From positions 42,110 to 106,109 of the forward strand of contig JAZDHG010000016.1 in NCBI GenBank assembly GCA_043806135.1: a stretch of DNA of 64,000 nucleotides, given 5' to 3'. The notes below the pieces were generated by a model that made no database searches, had not been told where the DNA came from, and worked only from the letters and a program-made list of their open reading frames with translations. This DNA is from Candidatus Omnitrophota bacterium (GTDB taxonomy: Bacteria; Omnitrophota; Gorgyraeia; B26-G9). The position numbers were made by a program, and so were the translations under genes. Position 1 is the first letter of the stretch. Every line of letters starts with the position of its first letter. Positions 41,857-50,229 of the stretch are shown piece by piece.

Positions 41857-42912
41857 ATGAATAATAAACAATATTTAGCAGGGCTTTACCCCGAAGAACT
41901 TCAAACCATAGTAGCGGGCTTAAACCATCCAGTATACAGGTCAAAGCAGATACAGGAGTGGATATTTAAGAAAAGTGTTCTGTCTTTTTCAGAGATGAAA
42001 AACCTTCCCGGAGAACTAAGGGAAAAGCTGGAGATTAAAAATTGTCCTGTCAGTCTTCATCAAAAATTAAAATTAACCTCTGCTGTTGATAAAACCTCTA
42101 AATATATTTTTATTACCGATGATGATAATTCTTTAGAAACTGTTTTGATACCGACAGCCAAGCGGGCTACTGTATGCGTATCTACTCAGGTAGGATGTGC
42201 CTTTGGGTGCTTATTTTGCGCAAGCGGCAGCGGAGGACTGGTGCGCGATCTTAGGGCAGATGAGATCGTTTCGCAGCTATTGCTTGTAAAAAAAGACAAC
42301 CCCGAACAGCCGGTCACTAATATTGTATTTATGGGCATGGGAGAGCCGCTGGCAAATTATGAGAATACTTTAAAGGCAATCAGGATTTTAAACCATCCGG
42401 ATTGTCTGGGAATAGCCGCAAGGAGGATAACCATTTCAACCTGCGGGTTGCCGGATGCGATATTGCAGCTTGCCAAAGAGAACATACAGTTTGAATTATC
42501 GATCTCGTTGCATGCCGCGGATAATGATACGCGAAACCGTCTTATGCCGATAAACAAGAAATTCCCCCTGAATATGCTGATGAAGGCGGCCAGGGAATAC
42601 ACTCAGGTGACAAACCGCATGATCACATTTGAATATGTGATAATGGACGGGATCAATGATTCAATAAAAGCAGCTTTAGATATCGCGCATCTATTCTTTG
42701 CACTTAAGTGTAAACTTAATATTATCCCGTTTAATCCTGCTGGGGCAATGGATTTTAAGCGCGTGAAAAAAACACAGCTTGAAGAATTCACGCATATGCT
42801 TCAAAGGCTTAAGATCAATTTCACTCTAAGGCGTTCGCGGGGTGCGGATATCCAAGGCGCCTGCGGACAATTGAGAGCAAACTTAGATAAGGGGTTAGGG
42901 GATAGCGTATAG
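41857..42912 (+). CDS. rlmN: 23S rRNA/tRNA m2A methyltransferase RlmN
   Basis: CVSTQVGCAFGCLFC, MGMGEP, SLHA and DIQGACGQL motifs. Confidence 0.95.
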   Translation: MNNKQYLAGLYPEELQTIVAGLNHPVYRSKQIQEWIFKKSVLSFSEMKNLPGELREKLEIKNCPVSLHQKLKLTSAVDKTSKYIFITDDDNSLETVLIPTAKRATVCVSTQVGCAFGCLFCASGSGGLVRDLRADEIVSQLLLVKKDNPEQPVTNIVFMGMGEPLANYENTLKAIRILNHPDCLGIAARRITISTCGLPDAILQLAKENIQFELSISLHAADNDTRNRLMPINKKFPLNMLMKAAREYTQVTNRMITFEYVIMDGINDSIKAALDIAHLFFALKCKLNIIPFNPAGAMDFKRVKKTQLEEFTHMLQRLKINFTLRRSRGADIQGACGQLRANLDKGLGDSV

Positions 42913-42932
42913 GGGATAGAATTGTTGGTTGA

Positions 42933-43009
42933 TCGTAACATAAAGATCAGCTGCCCTGAGCCGCCACGATTAGCGGCGGGGAAGGGTTAGCTGAATTGCC
43001 TTGTTATCT
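42933..43009 (-). repeat. Integron attC site (distal)
   Basis: Minus strand AGATAAC-aaggcaattCAGCT...AGCTGatctttat-GTTACGA, imperfect hairpin overlapping the stop codon. Confidence 0.85.
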
Positions 43010-43282
43010 TTTTTCCATCATTCTGCCATTAACAAATTTATGAATAATGCTTGCTAATAAAGTTTGATAAGGAATGCCTTCTTCTATTGCTCTAATTTGG
43101 ATTCCATTGAGATCCTTTGAAGATATTCTAATGTTCACGCGTTTATCTTTTTTTAAGGTGTTTTTAGCATATTTTTGATGTTTTTTGATCTCTTGTTTTA
43201 AATCTTTTATAGATTCCCATTCCTTCCGGTTATAAGAATCTACTAAGTCTTGTTCATATTTGTCTAAATTATTTTTTTTCAT
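43004..43282 (-). CDS. Antitoxin (CopG/BrnA-like)
   Basis: KDKRVNIRIS...GIPYQTL; overlaps the upstream toxin. Confidence 0.75.
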   Translation of the reverse strand: MKKNNLDKYEQDLVDSYNRKEWESIKDLKQEIKKHQKYAKNTLKKDKRVNIRISSKDLNGIQIRAIEEGIPYQTLLASIIHKFVNGRMMEKR

Positions 43283-43563
43283 TTTTCACCTCGTATATAT
43301 TTTTTTGTAGCTTCACGGCTAGGGATAATAGTTTTTAGAAAATATGTGTCTCCTTTTTCTGCAACAAAAGGCACTAAATACGCATAATTATTTACATTAA
43401 CAATAAGAATGTTTTGATTGGGATATTTATTTTTATTCGGATGGTGTATTATATCAATAAGGTAACCTTTTTCTATGCAAGAAACTATTTCTTCAAAACA
43501 GATACCCCGATCATTTTTCAGCAGTTTATTTTTATCATTATCCCAATTATAGTATATATTCAT
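43279..43563 (-). CDS. BrnT-like toxin
   Basis: WDNDKN..LK..RGICFEEI, HPN...YPNQ, YLVPFV and FLKTIIPSR motifs. Confidence 0.75.
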   Translation of the reverse strand: MNIYYNWDNDKNKLLKNDRGICFEEIVSCIEKGYLIDIIHHPNKNKYPNQNILIVNVNNYAYLVPFVAEKGDTYFLKTIIPSREATKKYIRGEK

Positions 43564-43569
43564 AATTAA

Positions 43570-43598
43570 AATATATCACATTGTGTGCGCTTTGGCAA
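43570..43598 (-). promoter_or_regulatory. Cassette-internal TA promoter with operator
   Basis: Minus strand TTGCCA-17 bp-TATATT; CACAATGTG palindrome. Confidence 0.6.
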
Positions 43599-43615
43599 CA
43601 AAATATTTTATATTA

Positions 43616-43692
43616 ATATAACATAAAAATCAGCTGCCCTGAGGCGGCGCCGAATGGCGGCGGGGAAGGGTTAGCTAATTGCTTTGTTAGAT
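43616..43692 (-). repeat. Integron attC site
   Basis: ATCTAAC...GTTATAT; closely similar to 42933-43009. Confidence 0.85.
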
Positions 43693-43693
43693 T

Positions 43694-43963
43694 TTACTGA
43701 TATCTATGTTTATCATACACTTCCTTGCGATGGCCTATTTTTAACACTATAATATCATTTTCTTCGATTTTATAGATAACTCTATAATCTCCCACGCGTA
43801 GTTTTCGGTATCCTTGCAGGCTTCTACGCAAGGGTTCACCATATTTGATAGGATCAGATAGCAGCCTATTTTCAATAGCTTTTCTAATTCTTGTTTTTAT
43901 GTTTTTTGGAATTCCTGAAATATCTTTTTTGATTTCAGGATGATAGGAAATCTGATAGTTCAT
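43694..43963 (-). CDS. RelE/ParE family toxin
   Basis: GEPLRRSLQGYRKLRVGDYRVIY...IGHRKEVY. Confidence 0.9.
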   Translation of the reverse strand: MNYQISYHPEIKKDISGIPKNIKTRIRKAIENRLLSDPIKYGEPLRRSLQGYRKLRVGDYRVIYKIEENDIIVLKIGHRKEVYDKHRYQ

Positions 43964-44190
43964 TAGTTCCAAATATCCTTGTGAGATATTTTTTTATTCT
44001 TTGAAAGAGAATTGTCTCTTTTTCGTGCCTGTTCTTGCCAATATAAATCTTCTCTAATTTCCAAAGCTTCTTTTATAAGATCTCTGGAGAAAAGAGATAG
44101 GGAAATTCCCTGGCTTTGAGCTGATTTATTAAGAATATTATATATTTCAGGGTCAAGTACGACATTTATTCTAGGATTTTTAGTTGGCAT
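43963..44190 (-). CDS. Ribbon-helix-helix antitoxin
   Basis: MPTKNPRINVVL...RDLIKEALE.RED; coupled to the toxin gene. Confidence 0.8.
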   Translation of the reverse strand: MPTKNPRINVVLDPEIYNILNKSAQSQGISLSLFSRDLIKEALEIREDLYWQEQARKRDNSLSKNKKISHKDIWN

Positions 44191-44208
44191 ATTTTTACCT
44201 CCACAATA

Positions 44209-44237
44209 AGTGTATCACATGTGATGAACCTTGTCAA
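44209..44237 (-). promoter_or_regulatory. TA promoter with operator palindrome
   Basis: TTGACA-17 bp-TACACT; perfect palindrome ATCACATGTGAT at 44214-44225. Confidence 0.7.
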
Positions 44238-44308
44238 TGGGTAATTATCCCATTTTTGCATTTAATGGTAGGGGGGGTAAAAATAGTCGCTGTCCCTATT
44301 TTTCCCTA

Positions 44309-44660
44309 GATAAACAATAAATTCCCCCTGAATATGCTGATGAAGGCGGTCAGGGAATATACTCAAGCGACAAACCGCATGATCACCTTTGAGTATGTGA
44401 TAATGGACGGGATTAATGATTCAATAAAAGCAGCTTTAGATATTGCGCATCTACTCTTTGCACTTAAGTGCAAACTTAATATTATCCCGTTTAATAATGT
44501 TGGGGCAATAGATTTTAAACGCGTGAAAAAAGCACAGCTTAAAGAATTCACGCATATGCTCCAAAGGCTTAAGATTAATTTTACTATAAGGCGTTCGCGG
44601 GGTGCGGATATTCAAGGCGCCTGCGGGCAGTTAAGGTTACATGTAGATAAGGGTAATTAG
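44309..44660 (+). pseudogene. rlmN: Diverged duplicate of the rlmN 3' end
   Basis: Direct repeat of 42549-42893 (offset 1760 bp) with scattered substitutions. Confidence 0.9.
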
Positions 44661-44744
44661 GCGTAAGCTGTAAGTTTTAAGCCTTAAGCAAAAACAGAAA
44701 GTATCCAATAAGTTTCTAAAAGTTTAGGTCTTATTACGTACAGC

Positions 44745-44822
44745 TTATAACGTAAAAATCAGCTGCCCTAAGCCGACGCCAACTGACGGCGGGGAAGGGT
44801 TAGCTGGATTGTCTTGTTAGAA
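44745..44822 (-). repeat. Integron attC site
   Basis: TTCTAAC...GTTATAA; same family as the two sites to its left. Confidence 0.85.
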
Positions 44823-44825
44823 ATT

Positions 44826-45092
44826 CTATTCATAATGAGTCCACATGCGAATAATTTTTACTGTTTTATATTTTTTTAGAACTTGATAAACAATTCTATG
44901 TTGTATAGTTACTCTTCTTGAGTATGCGCCGGTTAAATCACCTACTAGCTTTTCGAATGGGGGGGGAGTCTTGAAAGGATTTCTCTTTATGATTTCCAGG
45001 ATAGCTTCGGCTTTAGGACACATACCACTGGCAGAAAGTTTCTTTGCGTCCTTCAAAGCTTGTTTTGTATAAACTATTTTCCAATTTACCAT
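44826..45092 (-). CDS. yoeB: Txe/YoeB family toxin
   Basis: PPPFEKLVGDLTGAYSRRVTIQHRIVY...RMWTHYE. Confidence 0.92.
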   Translation of the reverse strand: MVNWKIVYTKQALKDAKKLSASGMCPKAEAILEIIKRNPFKTPPPFEKLVGDLTGAYSRRVTIQHRIVYQVLKKYKTVKIIRMWTHYE

Positions 45093-45328
45093 GTTAATTT
45101 CTTATTGCATTCTTTAATTGGAGTTTTTAATCCCTTCCGAATTGATTCTCGCATTCCTGGAATAGAGATAAGATATAAGGTTTCCTGGATAGACCGCCAG
45201 TCATTTTCTGAAATTAAGACAGCATTATGTCTTTTTCCAGTAATCTGTATCGGTTCATGCGATAAGGCGGTCTTGTCTAATAATTTATATAATATGCTTC
45301 GTGCTTGACTTGCTGTTAAAGTAGTCAC
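45086..45328 (-). CDS. yefM: Phd/YefM family antitoxin
   Basis: ASQARSILYKL.D...HEPIQITG...IQETLYL.SIPGMRESI; GTG start after GGAGGTG. Confidence 0.9.
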   Translation of the reverse strand: MTTLTASQARSILYKLLDKTALSHEPIQITGKRHNAVLISENDWRSIQETLYLISIPGMRESIRKGLKTPIKECNKKLTW

Positions 45329-45347
45329 TGTAATCACCTCCAATTAA

Positions 45348-45376
45348 AGCGTACCACATCACGTACGTTTTGTCAA
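45348..45376 (-). promoter_or_regulatory. yefM-yoeB promoter with GTAC operator cores
   Basis: TTGACA-17 bp-TACGCT containing two GTAC motifs. Confidence 0.7.
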
Positions 45377-45399
45377 TAATTGATTTTTATATTATTTAT

Positions 45400-45478
45400 T
45401 GCTAACATTTGAGCTCAGGCAGAGGAAACCGACGCCATTTGGCAGCGGTTTGCGATTGCCTGGAGCGATTTGCTAGGA
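45400..45478 (-). repeat. Integron attC site (different family, variant R'')
   Basis: TCCTAGC-aaatcGCTCCAGGCA...TGCCTGAGCtcaaat-GTTAGCA. Confidence 0.75.
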
Positions 45479-45479
45479 G

Positions 45480-45824
45480 CTATTTATTTTCTTCCTGAAT
45501 AATTTTTTCGATTTCTTTATGGAGAGAGGGGATTTTGTTAATAACTACATCCCACACAATATCATAATCTATGCCGAAGTAATCATGTATTAATATATCC
45601 CGCATGCCAGCCATAGCGCGCCACTCTATATAAGGATGTTTTTGTTTTAAGTTGTCAGGGGTATTTTTTGTAGCCTCTCCGATAATTTCTATACTACGGA
45701 CAAACGCTCGTTGGAGTGTTTCGTGCTGCATAAAATTTTCTTTAGCCAATCCTTTTGTTTGACTTAAAATATATTTTGTTTCATCCAATATATGGTGAAG
45801 ATATTCATGCCCGGGAAATGACAT
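45480..45824 (-). CDS. HepT-like RNase toxin (DUF86/HEPN)
   Basis: EIIGEA...W..MAGMRDILIHDYFGID (Rx4H motif). Confidence 0.9.
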   Translation of the reverse strand: MSFPGHEYLHHILDETKYILSQTKGLAKENFMQHETLQRAFVRSIEIIGEATKNTPDNLKQKHPYIEWRAMAGMRDILIHDYFGIDYDIVWDVVINKIPSLHKEIEKIIQEENK

Positions 45825-46113
45825 ATTCAACCTCTCTCAATATATTAGGTTTAATATAAGGGCTTAATGATTCGGAAGTTACTAATTCTATGCGATGTTT
45901 TAATAATGTTTCAAGCAAAAAGGAAAGGTGAATGAAATTATCAAAGTTTTTTTTATCAGGGTAGAATTCAACAAGTAAATCAATATCGCTTTTAGGGTTT
46001 TGTTTTCCCTTAACGAACGAGCCAAAAAGACCAAGTTGTTTCACGCCGAAAGATATAATATCATTTTGGTTATTTTTTATAAGATTTAAAATTTCTTCTT
46101 TATCTTTAATCAT
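45805..46113 (-). CDS. Minimal nucleotidyltransferase antitoxin (MntA-like)
   Basis: LGLFGSFVKG...SDIDLLVEF. Confidence 0.9.
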   Translation of the reverse strand: MIKDKEEILNLIKNNQNDIISFGVKQLGLFGSFVKGKQNPKSDIDLLVEFYPDKKNFDNFIHLSFLLETLLKHRIELVTSESLSPYIKPNILREVEYVISRA

Positions 46114-46114
46114 A

Positions 46115-46264
46115 TTACTTATTATAACTATTCTTATTGGAGTTTTCAATAGATAGTATTTTTTTTGAATGAACCCAAACTAAAATTAAAGAGATTATCC
46201 AAAGTATCCCAGTAGCAAAGCCCCCCACCAATAATACTAAATAAAGCAGAAAGAAGCTATTCAT
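46115..46264 (-). CDS. 49-aa membrane peptide, possibly a truncated cassette gene
   Basis: Hand-translated MNSFFLLYLVLLVGGFATGILWIISLILVWVHSKK...; starts just after an attC site. Confidence 0.4.
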   Translation of the reverse strand: MNSFFLLYLVLLVGGFATGILWIISLILVWVHSKKILSIENSNKNSYNK

Positions 46265-46276
46265 TCATAATTTTTC

Positions 46277-46366
46277 AGATAACACAAAAATCAGCGGCCT
46301 TTAGAAACGGCACCTTCTTTTTCGCAAAAGCCGTTAATAAAGGTCCGCTGGATTGTCTTGTTAGAT
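46277..46366 (-). repeat. Integron attC site (first cassette)
   Basis: ATCTAAC-aagacaatcCAGCGG...CCGCTGatttttgt-GTTATCT. Confidence 0.85.
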
Positions 46367-46370
46367 GGTA

Positions 46371-46937
46371 CTATTTTATTTCTATCAAAATGGTGTTAGA
46401 AATTAAACTATCGACAAAAACATTTTTAAGCCCTATTTTTTTACTTATCGCAATCTCTTTTCCATCTGTATCTACTGTAATTCCATCCCACCCATCATAA
46501 GTAACAAAAACTTTAAATTTTCCTGAATGAGCTAATTTAATTAATGAATCATCAAAATCGATGACAGAATTTTTTTCTTTTCGTATTTTTGCTTTGATAT
46601 TCCTTTTATATTCTTCTCCTGCCTTGACCAACTTGTAATCTTTTTCATCCCACATTATATCATACATAATTGTTCTTTCTGAGGGTTGGTTGTTTCCTGC
46701 TTCGTCAGTAATGGTAAATAAATCTGCGTTATAAATATCCTCGATATAAATATACCTATCTTCTGGGGTTATATTTTTAAGAATTAACAGAAATTCCATG
46801 TTGTCTTCTGGTTTATAAATCTTTTTATCCGATGTGATAGTAAATTGGAACACTTGAGATGCTTCTCGACATCGTCCAGTTATAGCTAAAGAGAAAATCG
46901 CAATCCCTATAACTGTAAAAATAATTAATTTTTTCAT
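46371..46937 (-). CDS. Exported hypothetical protein (first cassette gene)
   Basis: GGAGG ribosome-binding site; signal peptide MKKLIIFTVIGIAIFSLA; beta-rich, Ig-like pattern. Confidence 0.75.
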   Translation of the reverse strand: MKKLIIFTVIGIAIFSLAITGRCREASQVFQFTITSDKKIYKPEDNMEFLLILKNITPEDRYIYIEDIYNADLFTITDEAGNNQPSERTIMYDIMWDEKDYKLVKAGEEYKRNIKAKIRKEKNSVIDFDDSLIKLAHSGKFKVFVTYDGWDGITVDTDGKEIAISKKIGLKNVFVDSLISNTILIEIK

Positions 46938-46948
46938 TATTTTCCTCC

Positions 46949-47021
46949 ATCTAACATTTAATAGCCGAAAGGCGCATTTCCTTGTGTTTTTCAGCATACC
47001 ATATCTAATTTTGTGGGGCAA
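46949..47021 (-). promoter_or_regulatory. attI-like core (GTTAGAT) and Pc-like promoter
   Basis: GTTAGATGG at the cassette start complements CCATCTAAC at its end. Upstream lies TTGCCC-17 bp-TATGCT with an extended TG. Confidence 0.6.
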
Positions 47022-47256
47022 TTAGAATTTTTCAGAGTAAAAAACTTGAAATTGGCCCATATTTTGTCTATAAAACCACAACTCAGAGCCCATCACTGGG
47101 GTAGGATTTGGGTTGCTTTTAATGATAGCTTTGTGACCTTTGTCCCGGCGACAATAACTGTATTTTCTCTAACTGCTAAACGTTATAATTGTGATATACT
47201 ATAGAAGATCTTGCTAACACATAACTCATAATTCATCACTTGTAACTGAGGCAGAT

Positions 47257-47766
47257 ATGTCTCTACACTATATAATCGACGGATACAATGTTATAAAACA
47301 GGTGACCTTTTTGACCGGGGAAAAGCTAAGGGCCGGAAGAGAAGGCCTGGTACAATTTATTGAACGCTACAGGCCTCAGGGCTCAAAACGCAATGAGATA
47401 ACTATTGTTTTTGACGGTAAAGCCGAGGTGGTTGGCTATAGTATGAAAACTGATATAAAGATAATATTCAGCAGGAACGAATCAGCAGACGATGTAATAA
47501 AGCGTATGATAGAGAAAGTTTCTAATCCCGGGCAGTATGTGGTAGTAAGCGATGATAAGGCAGTTGTGTTCTACTGCCGGTCTATCGGAGCGAAATGGAT
47601 TGCGGTAAAAGATTTTATTGGCAATACAGGCATTAAGAAAACGCCGCAGAAAAAGAGCAGTTATATACCGGAATCAAAGGAATTATCGCAGGATATAGCC
47701 GATAAGATCACTGAGAACCTGAGAAAACTTTGGGTTAAGGATGATGAAAAGGAAAGCTGGTATTAG
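47257..47766 (+). CDS. NYN/YacP (Rae1)-like PIN domain protein
   Basis: IIDGYNV, VFDG, SADD.I and VVSDD motifs. Confidence 0.85.
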   Translation: MSLHYIIDGYNVIKQVTFLTGEKLRAGREGLVQFIERYRPQGSKRNEITIVFDGKAEVVGYSMKTDIKIIFSRNESADDVIKRMIEKVSNPGQYVVVSDDKAVVFYCRSIGAKWIAVKDFIGNTGIKKTPQKKSSYIPESKELSQDIADKITENLRKLWVKDDEKESWY

Positions 47767-47958
47767 ATTAGCGGGTAAGTAAGGGATAAATAATAGTTAT
47801 GAATTACGAGTGATGAGTTATGAATTAAGAAAGGGAAGCTGGTTTGTGGGTGTGGAGGCTGGAAAAATAAAAGCAAAAAACTATTAACTTGTAATTTATA
47901 ACTCGTAATTAGTAATTTGTAACTTATAACCTTGTATTTGATAAAAAACAGAGAAAAG

Positions 47959-49194
47959 ATGTTAAAACCTTATGATGTCATTGTAGTCGGAGGCGGGCCG
48001 GCGGGAATGATCGCCGCAGGCAGAGCGGCAGAACTGGGCAGATCGGTTTTGCTGCTTGAACGCAACAATGTGCTGGGAGTAAAATTGCGCATTACCGGTA
48101 ATGGCCGCTGTAATGTAACGAACGCGGTGGCCTTAGACAGATTTGCACCATATTATGTCGATAATCCAAAATTTCTATACAATGTTTTTAATAAATTTTT
48201 TAATGCTGACCTCAGAAGCCTATTGCAGAAATACGGGGCGAAAACAAAGATAGAAGAAAATTTAAGAGTGTTTCCGGTTACAGATAAGTCAGGTGATATT
48301 GTTAAAGCGCTGCAGTTATACATGGAGCGGCCGCTTGTTCGAATTAAATGCCGTACTCTTGTAACCGAACTGGATGTTTACGATGACCGGATAAAGGGGG
48401 TTAACACTGAGCAAAAAGAACGGTTTACTGCGGACAAGGTTATAATTGCGACCGGAGGCAAAAGCTATCCCAGCTTGGGTTCTAATGGCTTCGGATATCA
48501 ATGGGCAAAAAAAGCAGGACATGACCTGGTTCAGTGCCGCCCCGGGCTGGTCGGCATAGAAATCAAGGAGCAATGGATAAAAAATCTGCAGGGGCTCAGC
48601 ATTAATGCGGATATTTCCTTATATATAGCCGGAAAAAAGAAAAAGCAAATCCAAGGCGACATTGTTTTTAGCCATTACGGGATATCCGGGCCGGCTGCTT
48701 TTGATATGAGCATGTATATTGATTCAACAGAGTCGACACTGCATATGGATATAATACCAGGCTATACACACGAGCAGGCAACTGAAGAACTTAATAGTCT
48801 TATCCGTATGAACCCCAGAGTTAAATGCAGGAATGTTTTACTTTTTAATGTACCCAGAAAACTGATATCTATATGTCTTGATATAGCAGGTATTGGCGAT
48901 GATAAGGCGCTTAATCAGCTGAATAAAAAGGAAAAAAGAACCTTGATAAATATACTTAAAAGTGTACAATTGACTGTACAAAGATTGCGCCCTCTGAAAG
49001 AAGCTATGGTTACCCGAGGCGGAGTTAGCGCAAAACAAATAAATCCTCAAAGCATGGAATCGAAATTTATAAAAGGACTTTATTTTTGCGGAGAGGTTAT
49101 TGATATAGCCGGGCTAACCGGAGGGTTTAATCTTCAGGCAGCCTTTTCTACGGGTTATGTTGCCGGAGAAAGCTGTGCTGATGATACACGATAA
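47959..49194 (+). CDS. HI0933/YhiN family flavoprotein
   Basis: GGGPAG, TGNGRCNVTN, ATGGKSYP and TGGFNLQAAFSTG motifs. Confidence 0.92.
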   Translation: MLKPYDVIVVGGGPAGMIAAGRAAELGRSVLLLERNNVLGVKLRITGNGRCNVTNAVALDRFAPYYVDNPKFLYNVFNKFFNADLRSLLQKYGAKTKIEENLRVFPVTDKSGDIVKALQLYMERPLVRIKCRTLVTELDVYDDRIKGVNTEQKERFTADKVIIATGGKSYPSLGSNGFGYQWAKKAGHDLVQCRPGLVGIEIKEQWIKNLQGLSINADISLYIAGKKKKQIQGDIVFSHYGISGPAAFDMSMYIDSTESTLHMDIIPGYTHEQATEELNSLIRMNPRVKCRNVLLFNVPRKLISICLDIAGIGDDKALNQLNKKEKRTLINILKSVQLTVQRLRPLKEAMVTRGGVSAKQINPQSMESKFIKGLYFCGEVIDIAGLTGGFNLQAAFSTGYVAGESCADDTR

Positions 49195-49202
49195 GGATTT
49201 TC

Positions 49203-49382
49203 ATGGATAAAGAGGGCCTAAAAACACTGGTGTTTATAGCTGTGGGTACAATGATCGGCGCTTTTTTGCGTGGTGTGATACAAAGCGGGCAAAAACTCTC
49301 AGTGCATATTATCGTGCGCACAGTATTATTCATATTAATAGCAGCGGCTATAGGTTTTTTTGTGTTTAAGAAAATAAAATAA
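49203..49382 (+). CDS. 59-aa two-TM membrane protein
   Basis: Hand-translated MDKEGLKTLVFIAVGTMIG...FFVFKKIK. Confidence 0.5.
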   Translation: MDKEGLKTLVFIAVGTMIGAFLRGVIQSGQKLSVHIIVRTVLFILIAAAIGFFVFKKIK

Positions 49383-49397
49383 TAGGAGGAAGATAAT

Positions 49398-49592
49398 GTG
49401 TTTGTGGGAGCGTTATTTATCCTTACGGGCATTTTGATCGCGCTTAATCCGCCGCTCTTATCATTTATCGCGGCTTCAATTTTGATATTACCGGGCCTGG
49501 GATTTATGAGCATTAGTTATCATTACAAAAAAATTTCAAAACAATTTGAAGGTCCCTCTATGGATTTTTTGAGCCATTCTTCTCTAGGGTGA
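49398..49592 (+). CDS. Small membrane protein whose 3' end is interrupted by a MITE
   Basis: AGGAGA ribosome-binding site, two TMs; the last codons lie inside the repeat. Confidence 0.55.
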   Translation: MFVGALFILTGILIALNPPLLSFIAASILILPGLGFMSISYHYKKISKQFEGPSMDFLSHSSLG

Positions 49593-49771
49593 AAGAATTT
49601 TTGTAAGACAATAAGAGTGAAGTGCTTAGATAAAAACGAGGATGGCCCATGATTACGCCGATGAAAAACAGATTATAGCGATTGTCTAGGTTCGAAGAAG
49701 AACGAATCTATGTAATCATGTTTTAATCTGTGGAATCAGGTTCTTTCTGCCGCCCTAAACAAGAAAGAACC
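49571..49771. mobile_element. MITE family A, composite copy
   Basis: Left part matches 18383-18460, right end is AAGAAAGAACC; flanked by ATTTTTT on both sides. Confidence 0.7.
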
Positions 49772-49812
49772 ATTTTTTATCAGATTTTAATGAAAGTTGG
49801 GAGTTTTAAGTT

Positions 49813-50100
49813 ATGAGCCAGAGTGTTAATTTTTTAAAAATCATAGGCAAAGCAGCTTATTTGATCGGGGTATTGCTGTTTTTTAATTTTTTCTTCGGAC
49901 TGCTTTTCCTCCGGTTTTTTTATTGGATTATTTTAGGATCAATCCTGTTGTTCCTGTTTACAGGAGCGCTTTCTATAGGCAAAAATATCATATTTACGAA
50001 TTTCGCAAAAACAGCAAAACCAAAAGGCCCTGCGTATCAAAAGGACGATATTATTGATGTGGAAGCAGAAGTTGTTGACAATAATGGCCAGCAGGAGTAA
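49813..50100 (+). CDS. Small membrane protein with DIIDVEAEVV tail
   Basis: Two TMs and an acidic FxsA-like tail. Confidence 0.6.
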   Translation: MSQSVNFLKIIGKAAYLIGVLLFFNFFFGLLFLRFFYWIILGSILLFLFTGALSIGKNIIFTNFAKTAKPKGPAYQKDDIIDVEAEVVDNNGQQE

Positions 50101-50133
50101 AATTTTTTAATTCATTTTGAATCTTTAGCTTAA

Positions 50134-50162
50134 TTGACAAGTTACGGATTTGCATATAAGAT
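50134..50162 (+). promoter_or_regulatory. Sigma70-type promoter
   Basis: TTGACA-17 bp-TAAGAT. Confidence 0.55.
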
Positions 50163-50229
50163 GAGTCTATATGAGCTGATATTTTTGCTCTTATATATTA
50201 AAATTCATAAATTATAAGGACTTTATTCC

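Noticed and set aside
42933-44822. The three similar GC-rich hairpins as plain terminators or CRISPR repeats
   Set aside because: AAC/GTT cores, gene-sized spacing and position after stop codons fit attC sites better.
46938-47021. N-terminal extension of the 216-aa ORF
   Set aside because: It crosses the attI-like site and promoter; the ribosome-binding site and signal peptide support a start at 46937.
47013-47204. 63-aa ORF as an intI remnant
   Set aside because: No recognisable tyrosine recombinase motif.
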